Shown: positions 49,801 to 58,600 of the stretch, piece after piece | Layout of the letters: each line of letters starts with the position of its first letter | Numbering within the stretch: the stretch's first letter is position 1 | Source of the DNA: Nitrosopumilus sp. | Lineage (GTDB): Archaea; Thermoproteota; Nitrososphaeria; Nitrososphaerales; Nitrosopumilaceae | DNA length: 64,000 nucleotides | NCBI GenBank assembly: GCA_965206745.1 | Contig: OZ242220.1 | Coordinates: 320,001 to 384,000, forward strand | Reading direction: 5' to 3' | Program-made: the position numbers and the translations under genes | The notes under the pieces: model-generated | Database searches by the model: none | What the model was told of the DNA's origin: nothing | What the model saw: the letters and a program-made list of their open reading frames with translations, nothing else

Positions 49801-50550
49801 ATGGCCCAGGTTTCCACTACTGAGCAGTCCCCTACTGCAAGATCCGTCACCCTTAGAATCTCAAGGTATAATCCAGAGCATGAAGAGTCAGACGGATTCA
49901 TGGAGTTTAACGTAATGTATGAGAAATGGACCACTGTCCTTGAGGCGATACTTGACGTCAAGCAGCACCTTGATCATTCCATTGCCGTGCGCTACTCGTG
50001 CAGGCAGGCCACCTGCGGCTCGTGTGGGATGGTAATTAATGGCAAGCCGCGGCTTGCATGCTTTACGAAGATCAGCGAGCTTGACTCTGATACTGTAACA
50101 GTCGAGCCGATGAAGAACTTTCCTGTTATTCGTGACCTTGCCGTAAGGTTTGAGAAGCTCTTTGACAGCCACAAAAAGGTCCAGCCGTATCTGATTCGCG
50201 AGGATACGGAACTTGCATCCGACCAGAAAGAGTTTCTGCAGACACCTGAAGAGGTGGAACAGTACATCCAGTTTGCAAACTGTATAAAGTGCGGCCTGTG
50301 CAACTCTGCATGTCCCACGATGGCAACTGACTCGTCGTTTGTCGGTCCGCAGGCACTGGCCCAGGCGTACCGGTATGTGGCAGACAGCAGGGACAAGGGC
50401 AAGGATTCCAGACTGAAAATAATTGATGATTCCCATGGAATATGGAGGTGTCATTTTGCCGGCTCTTGCAGCCAGGTATGTCCAAAGGGCGTTGATCCCG
50501 CAATGGGAATACAGCTACTCCGCGGATACATGCTGGGTTTTCGAGACTAG
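49801..50550 (+). CDS. sdhB: Succinate dehydrogenase iron-sulfur subunit
   Basis: SCRQATCGSC, CIKCGLCNSACP, CHFAGSCSQVCPK. Confidence 0.96.
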   Translation: MAQVSTTEQSPTARSVTLRISRYNPEHEESDGFMEFNVMYEKWTTVLEAILDVKQHLDHSIAVRYSCRQATCGSCGMVINGKPRLACFTKISELDSDTVTVEPMKNFPVIRDLAVRFEKLFDSHKKVQPYLIREDTELASDQKEFLQTPEEVEQYIQFANCIKCGLCNSACPTMATDSSFVGPQALAQAYRYVADSRDKGKDSRLKIIDDSHGIWRCHFAGSCSQVCPKGVDPAMGIQLLRGYMLGFRD

Positions 50551-50870
50551 CCGAGTTTCTTTGGATTGGGACTGTTGTTTACCTGATTGTTAATCTGCTC
50601 TGCCATAAAGTGGTTTGAGACGTTAACCTTGACATCATCGACCCCGTCGACCTTTAGCAGGTTGTCATGGACATCCTGGCATATCTTAAAACCAAACACT
50701 GCTGGACAGAACGGACTGGTAAGGTGCAGGTCCACCTTTACGCCGCTGTCGCTGATGTCTACCTCGTCGATTAGCTCAAGTTCCACAATTGATGTATTTA
50801 TTTCAGGGTCCACAATCTTTGATAGCTCGTCAAATATCTTGACCCGTAACAGTTTGATATCTTGGCTCAT
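50547..50870 (-). CDS. DUF59/SufT Fe-S cluster assembly factor
   Basis: DPEINTSIVELELI and LTSPFCP motifs. Confidence 0.88.
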   Translation of the reverse strand: MSQDIKLLRVKIFDELSKIVDPEINTSIVELELIDEVDISDSGVKVDLHLTSPFCPAVFGFKICQDVHDNLLKVDGVDDVKVNVSNHFMAEQINNQVNNSPNPKKLG

Positions 50871-50919
50871 GTCGAGAAAACCATCGATCCTATATATAAC
50901 CATTTTAGAACACTAGGTG

Positions 50920-52380
50920 ATGTATCGCTCCCGACTCGGCACTGACTTGAGTGATATTACCCTGGATTACGTCTCATCAATTGATGAGGACTCTGAGATT
51001 GCCCTGTATGACATCCTTGGGAGTCAGGCACATGCCCTGATGTTGCTGCAGGGCGGCATACTTGGCAGGACTGATGCAAAAAAGATCCTCTCTGCACTGG
51101 AGGGTCTAAAGGATCAAAAACCTGATGTATCATCAGGTGCAGAAGACATCCATGAATTAATTGAATCGCAGGTGATTAAAAAAGCCGGAATGGCAAGCGG
51201 CGGAAAGATGCATACTGCAAGGTCACGCAACGACCAGGTGGCACTTGACATCCGGATGAAGATAAGGGACGACATTAACATTATCTGTAACTGCCTGCTT
51301 GATACCATTGAGGCACTGGTATCTGTTGCCCGAAACCACCAAAAGACGATCATGCCGCTATACACACATTTACAGCAGGCACAGGCAGGCCTGTTCTCAC
51401 ACTATCTCCTGGCACATGCCGATGTTCTGATGCGGGACTTTGAGAGGCTGTTTGGTACCTTTGAGAGGGTAAACCAGAGCCCGCTTGGTGCCGGACCCGT
51501 GGGGGGGACCAGCATCCCAATTGACAGACATCTCACTGCCCGGTTGCTTGGCTTTGATGGCCTTGTTGAGAATTCCATTGATGCGACAAGCACGCGGGAT
51601 TTTGTGGCAGAGTACATTGCAATGGTATCCATCCTAATGACCAACCTTAGCAGAATATCTGAGGACTTTGTCATCTGGTCGACTGCCGAGTTTTCATTTA
51701 TCGAACTCTCCGATGAGTTTACATCCCCGTCAAGTGTAATGCCGCAGAAAAAGAATCCCGATATCCTGGAGCTCACGCGGGGAAAGACTGCAAGGGTCAT
51801 CGGGGATCTGACTGCCGTACTGACTACTGTAAAGGGACTGGCATCCGGCTACGGCAGGGACCTGCAGCAGATCAAGCCGTCTGTCTGGTCTGCATCTAAA
51901 ATCTCAATTAGCGCGCTGCTGATTTTAAAGTCAATCCTTCTAACCATGAAGGTAAACAAAAAACAGATGAGGAGGGTCACTGAGTCAAGCAACCTCATCG
52001 CGCTGGATGTTGCAGAACGACTGGTCCGGGAGGGGGTGCCGTTTCGGGTGACCCACAAGATTTCAGGTGTCCTAGTCCAGCTGGCAGATGACTCGAAGAG
52101 GCCCATCTCAAAGCTTGGTCCTGCCGAGATTAAAAAATCCGTATCTGGCACAAAAGTTGATCCCCGGATGGTCTCAAAGGTCATATCATCTGCAACAGTC
52201 GTCTCATCGCTGAGGGACAGGACGTCCCTTGGCTCCTCTGGGTATGGCCAGCAGAAGAGAATGATATCTGAGAGGATTGGGAGGATCAACCAGTACAGAT
52301 CCGAGGTGCTGCAAAGGGAGGGCAAGATTAGTCTGGCAATCGATGATCTGGCAAAGCAGGTAGGCCGTCTGATCAAGTGA
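50920..52380 (+). CDS. argH: Argininosuccinate lyase
   Basis: HTARSRNDQ, YTHLQQAQ, SSVMPQKKNPD. Confidence 0.96.
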   Translation: MYRSRLGTDLSDITLDYVSSIDEDSEIALYDILGSQAHALMLLQGGILGRTDAKKILSALEGLKDQKPDVSSGAEDIHELIESQVIKKAGMASGGKMHTARSRNDQVALDIRMKIRDDINIICNCLLDTIEALVSVARNHQKTIMPLYTHLQQAQAGLFSHYLLAHADVLMRDFERLFGTFERVNQSPLGAGPVGGTSIPIDRHLTARLLGFDGLVENSIDATSTRDFVAEYIAMVSILMTNLSRISEDFVIWSTAEFSFIELSDEFTSPSSVMPQKKNPDILELTRGKTARVIGDLTAVLTTVKGLASGYGRDLQQIKPSVWSASKISISALLILKSILLTMKVNKKQMRRVTESSNLIALDVAERLVREGVPFRVTHKISGVLVQLADDSKRPISKLGPAEIKKSVSGTKVDPRMVSKVISSATVVSSLRDRTSLGSSGYGQQKRMISERIGRINQYRSEVLQREGKISLAIDDLAKQVGRLIK

Positions 52381-52632
52381 CTGGTCATCTGGTGTACAAA
52401 GCCCTGGGCTTGGTTAATTCTGACTCACTGACTGATCCCTGCCATGATGTGGTTTTGGACAGTCTCAGGCGTGACTGTTTGAATTTTAACACACGCCAAT
52501 TCCGTGAAACGGTGCTTGGACTATCTGTATAATTGTCACCTCTGATAAATTAATATCCTTTATATTCAAACTTTTTCTATATTACTTTGTATTGGTTCCT
52601 ACATTTTATGTTGATGGGATAGGTGGATATCT

Positions 52633-55600
52633 GTGATCAAGCGTCAGTTATCCTGCATTGTACTGGCCCTTGCTGTGACCCTCTTGCTGTCTGCTACTCC
52701 GGCATATGCCTCCCATACTGTTACTACGACAGATACAATACCTCCCTCAGTCAATGTAGGTGAAAGAGTCATGATACAATTTGAGTCATCTTCGGGACCT
52801 ACCGGTAATGGTGTTGCTGAGTGGAGGAACTTTCCTAATAACATATGTTTTGAACCCCAACATCAAGATGATTATTCTCTAAATCAAGATGGCTTGTTTG
52901 ATTTTAATGCCACCGCTGATTTTGCAGGTCTTTCATGTGTCTTTGAAGTCATCTATGAGGCTGGTACTGGTGATTCTGATGGCGTGCCATTTACAATCGA
53001 GATACCTGCAATCCGCCCTTACAATGTGAATTTTGGTGAAGGAGATCCTTTTCCTCCACTTTCTGATTTTGTAGATTATGTTCCTACTGATCCAACAACT
53101 GTCAGCTATACGATTACTAATCTAAATCTACCCGATGGCATTGAATTTGACGACTCTACTGGTAATTTTATTGGAGATGTATCTCACCTCACTATACGTT
53201 CTGGCAACAGTTTCAGCGATTTTGCTTTTACCTGGACTTATACTGCTGATGGCAATACATATACACAATCAACTGGTAACTTCCTTTTCATAAGAAACAC
53301 AAATAGCCCTCCTACACTTGCAACCATTCCTACTGCAGACCAGCTCATGTTTGATGAGGGTGACATTGTATCTTTTACTATAACAGCTTTAGACGACGAT
53401 ACAAATGATAACTTCGGAAGATGGATTTTAGCTAGTCCTCTCCCCGGTGGACTCGTACATAGCAATGGAACATTTAGTGGGACTCTAACTAGTCTGGCCT
53501 CTGGTACATATCCAGTTGATATCAGCTACAGAGATACTAGTGGAGATACGAGTGAAGGTGGGCCTACCTCCGGCACTGTCTCTACGGATCTTACTATTGT
53601 TGTAAATGATATACCACTTGTTGATGACTTATCTGTTAGAGAGGGTGATACTGTAGATATCCCACTTGGAGTTGTAGGCAGTCCCACCATAACATGCACC
53701 ACTGGTTCCGACATACCTAGCGATCTTGAATTTAATGGTGACACATGTACAATAACTGGCAATGTAAATAGCGATGCCATAACTAACGGTGAGACATCGC
53801 AGGAATTTATAATAGACTATACCCTGACTAGTGGTGATGGGCGTCGTAATGGTATGGGCACATACACGCTCATAGTCATTTCTGCAGACGCAATAGGCAG
53901 TGCTCCGACGATAGATTCAGTTACACCTTTCAATCCAACATATGATGAGGGCCAACTAGTAGAGATTACCCTGATGGGCTCGGATCCTGATGGCGATTCT
54001 TTGATGTGGGCTCTATCGCCTAACACTCCGGGTGCAGCACTGAATACAACTACCGGAGGAGTCACGCAATTCTCATGGACACCAGATGACACACAGGACG
54101 GTCCACATACATTTAACGTCATACTGACTGATTCTGTCGGACAAGAATCTGACCCTGAAGTAATCACGTTTACTGTAAACGAGGTAAACGCAGAACCGTC
54201 CCTATCTGGCACACTATACAATGAGGAATACGACGAGGGAGACACAATATCTGACTCGCTTGCAGTCACAATTACAGATGCTATAGAGGATCCGCCATCT
54301 CCCATGATAACATATACCCTCGAAACTGGCCAAACACCGCCACCTGGCATAATGCTACACCCCAATGGAACATTATCGGGAACCATATCACATGATGCGG
54401 TATCTGCCGGAGCCATGCCACAAAACCTTACGTTCACGTGGACATACAATGATGACGGTATCGGTCCAAATGCCAACATAACTCAGACTAGTTCCATAAC
54501 CGTAACTGACGTTCCAATAGTTGTTGCACCTGACGACGGTGCCTCAACTCACACAGAAGGTGATCGAGTAGACCGCTCACTTGGAGTTACAGGTGATGGC
54601 GACATAACCTGTACCTCTACTTCCACAATACCTGGCAGTCTCACACTTAATCCCGCATGTACCATAACTGGAAATCTAGACCGTAATGTCATAACTAACA
54701 GTTTGGCATCGCAGGAATTTACAATAAACTACATGGCACGAAACCCTGATGACGTCTCTGATTCAGGCACATACGTCCTGACAGTCAATGACCGGCCACC
54801 TACCTTTGATGCCTACGACAGGACAGTAGAAGAAGGTCAACCACTTGACTCTTTGTATGATGCAGTTGCAGACTCTGCTCGGACTCCGGCAAGCACCATA
54901 TTCAGCTATGAAATCATACCCGGCAGCCTGCCTTCGGGAATCACAGATCTTTTTGATATGACCACCGGCGAATTTAATGGCAGCATTCCATTTGATATTG
55001 TAACCCTTGCAGAAGGTTCTCAAACCTTTAACTTTCAGTGGAGATTTACAGACACCATTGGAGTATCTGGAGTGCAGGATGGCGTCCTAATTGTAGATAA
55101 CTTTAACCAAGCACCAACAATAACAGGGACAGATCCAGCAACTATTGACGACACACCTGATGAGCACGCACGAGTACAATTTACCCTGACGGGTGGCGAT
55201 GAGGACGGAAATGATCCTGATCCAATATGGGACGTATCATCTGATAACTCTGCCGCTACTGCAAATGCAACGATTACGCAAAGTGGAGAATTCCAGTGGA
55301 CTCCAGATGATACTCACGGCGACACCACAGTTACATTCACATTCACCCTGATTGATACTGAACCTTTGAGTGCCGACCCTCGAATCATTGCATTTGATGT
55401 CCAAGAGGTAAACATACCACCTACCATTGGTACCTATAACTTTACAATATCAGAAGGCCTACCCATTAATCCCCTCTCTGAGGTAGTTGACAACCCTGTT
55501 GAGATTCCACCAGACGCAATAAACACCTATGCAATCATAGATGGACCTGGCAACAATCTGACTAGTACCATCCGTAGCTCTCTGAATGTAAACACCGGTG

Positions 55601-58600
55601 CATTTTCAGCCATGTTCCCAGCTGGTACGGTACCTGACGGAGCCCCTCATGTACGATATGACTTTGACTGGACCTTTGAGGATGAGTTGGGAGCATCAGA
55701 CCCACCGCTGGCTGCTACCATATTCGTAACTGGATCTGGAACAAACCTGGATCCTGTAATCGGAGACCTCCCTGATCTCCAAGACAGAACAATCGAAGAG
55801 CACGATACACTGACATTTACTTTGAGCAACGTTGATCCTAATACCGGTGATCGTGATAGTGGTATCTGGACCATGCCAAATACTCTTGGTGCAACCATGG
55901 GTAGAACCACTGGAGTATTTGAATGGACGCCAGATGACACACATAACGGCATGCATACATTTACCGTAACACTGACTGACCCGGGCGGCCTTGAAGGTAC
56001 GGCAGAGATCGTCGTTACTGTAACTGAGTTTAACGCAAGACCAACCCCATCTGGCACAACATACGAGGTTCGTGTCAACGAAGGAGGTAATTTAGACAGT
56101 AATCCGCTCACAGGGTTAGTTGATGATATGCTAGAGAATCCTCCATCTACCATAAGATATACCATTGATATTGGCCAAATACTGCCACCTGGCATAAGGC
56201 TAAACCTCAATGGAACCTTCTCCGGAACCGTATCCCATGATATAGCGAATCTTGCAAACTCACCACAACCTTTCCCGTTTACTTGGAATTACAATGACGG
56301 CGACCATGATCTGCCTGGATCTGGCATCATCATGGTAATCAACGACAACCGAATCCCAACAGTAGGGCCAATTCCAGGGGATGTTGACAGAACACCTGAT
56401 GAGGGCCAACTAGTACAATTTATCATGCCTGGTTCTGATGAAGATTTTGATACAGGTGATCCTCGGCCAACATGGAGGATAACAACTTCTTCTGATACTA
56501 ATGCGAGGATTGATACGACCAGTGGTGAATTCACGTGGACTCCAGATGACACTCACGGCAACAGCACAATTAGTTTCAATTTCATTTTGGAAGATTCTGC
56601 ATCTAGAGCTGGCCAGCTAATGATCAACTTTGATGTGCAAGAGTTCAACGCACCACCTACAGATAGTAGACCATACACGGTTACTGTCAGCGAGGGAGGC
56701 GAAATAACTACATCACTCGTAGGTTCAGTTGATGATATTCCAGAGAATCCGTCATCTGACGTAGAATATACCACATCTGACACGCTGCCATCTGGCATAA
56801 CGCTAAATCGTAATGGAACCTTCTCCGGAACCGTATCACACACTGTGGCAACTGCCGGAAACTCGCCACAAATGTTCGAGTTTGAGTGGACATACGATGA
56901 CGACGAGGGTGGCTCAAATATTAACATAAATCAGATGGGTACCATAACTGTAAACAACGACAACCGACCCCCGACAATAGATCCTCCAACTGATACCATC
57001 ATACCAATTGCCGAATTTGCCCCAGCAACCTTGTCCCTGACAAGAACAGATCCTGATGTTGCTGCAGGTGATGATCGGCCAGTATGGGGTGTGACAGCTA
57101 ATTCCACTACCAATGGAGATATCGATGCAGACGGCCTATTCACGTGGACTCCAGATGACAGTCACGGCAGCACCACAGTTACATTCACATTCACTCTGAT
57201 GGACTCTGCAGGAGCATCAGCCCTGCCCGAAGACGTCTCATATGTTGTCTCAGAGGTCAACTTAGAACCTACATCTACATTATACTTTTCTAGAGTCAAT
57301 GAGGGAGATTCAATTGATCTCCCGCTCACCTCATCAATTACAGATGAACCAGAGGATCCGCCATCTACCATAACATATACCACATCTGACACGCTGCCAC
57401 CTGGCATAAGGCTAAACCCCGATGGAACCTTCACCGGAACCGTATCACTTGATGCGACAATTCTCGCAGATTCGCCACAAAATTTCACATTTAATTGGCG
57501 ATACAGTGACGGCGATAATAACGCAGATGAGACGGGTATCATAGAGGTAACCAACGTCAATCAATCGCCGGAAATAATTGTGCATACCATAGAGGTAACC
57601 AGCCCCGACCGACCACCGGTAACAGTTATGCCAGAAAATATTGGCAGCCTGCCAAACCTCCCTATAGGTGATACCCTAACAATAAATTTCACTGCTAGGG
57701 ATGCTGATCCTAATACTGACTTTGTATGGGTTCTAACTACAAGTGATCCGCGTGAATCACTTACGGCTGACGGCCTATATACATTTACACCTGATAGAAC
57801 CCAGGAAAATCTAAATACGGGAAGGACTGTTACTCTGTCTGACGGCATAATTGATACTCCAATTTCTCAGGCGATACGAGTTTTCGTAATTGGCAGCGTC
57901 CCTATGATAACCATCTCACCTGATCCCCCTGACCATGCCGCTATTGGCAGCCCAGTTACATTCACTGTGACTGCTAGGGATCCTGATAGAAATCCTATAA
58001 CGAGTCTGGATATATTATCCAACACCGTAGGTGCAACACTTACCAATGGACAGTTCTCATGGACTCCTACGGCAGACCATGTAGGTCCTAACGTATTTAC
58101 ATTTAGGGCAATTGATGAGCGACTGGGAACTGGCACTGCAACGCATACAATTACAGTACCTACAGGAGAAAACGAACCCCCAACCTTTGTGACGTATGAG
58201 CCGGCCATACTAGAGGGCCAGATGATCCCTTCACTGTCCGATGCAGTTGATGATCCTTTTGAAAGTGACCAGCCCCCTGTAGAATACCGAATCATGGACG
58301 GAGATCTGCCTGACTACATTGAAGGATCCCTCAATGCCCAAACCGGTGCATTTGACGAGACGTTCCGATTTGACACGACGACTGACAGCATGACCTTCTT
58401 CTTCTCTTGGACGTTCAGGGACGGCAGCGGGGAACCAAAGCTTCAGCTCGGCTCAATAACGGTAAACAACGACCCTGACCTGATCCCTACACTAACGCGC
58501 GGAAATGATGGATACATCATCGGTTCGTACCAACCTACTGTGCTGGCAATGGAAATGCTCCCTCCTCTATCCAGAGTGGTTACAGACTATCCTGTAGAAC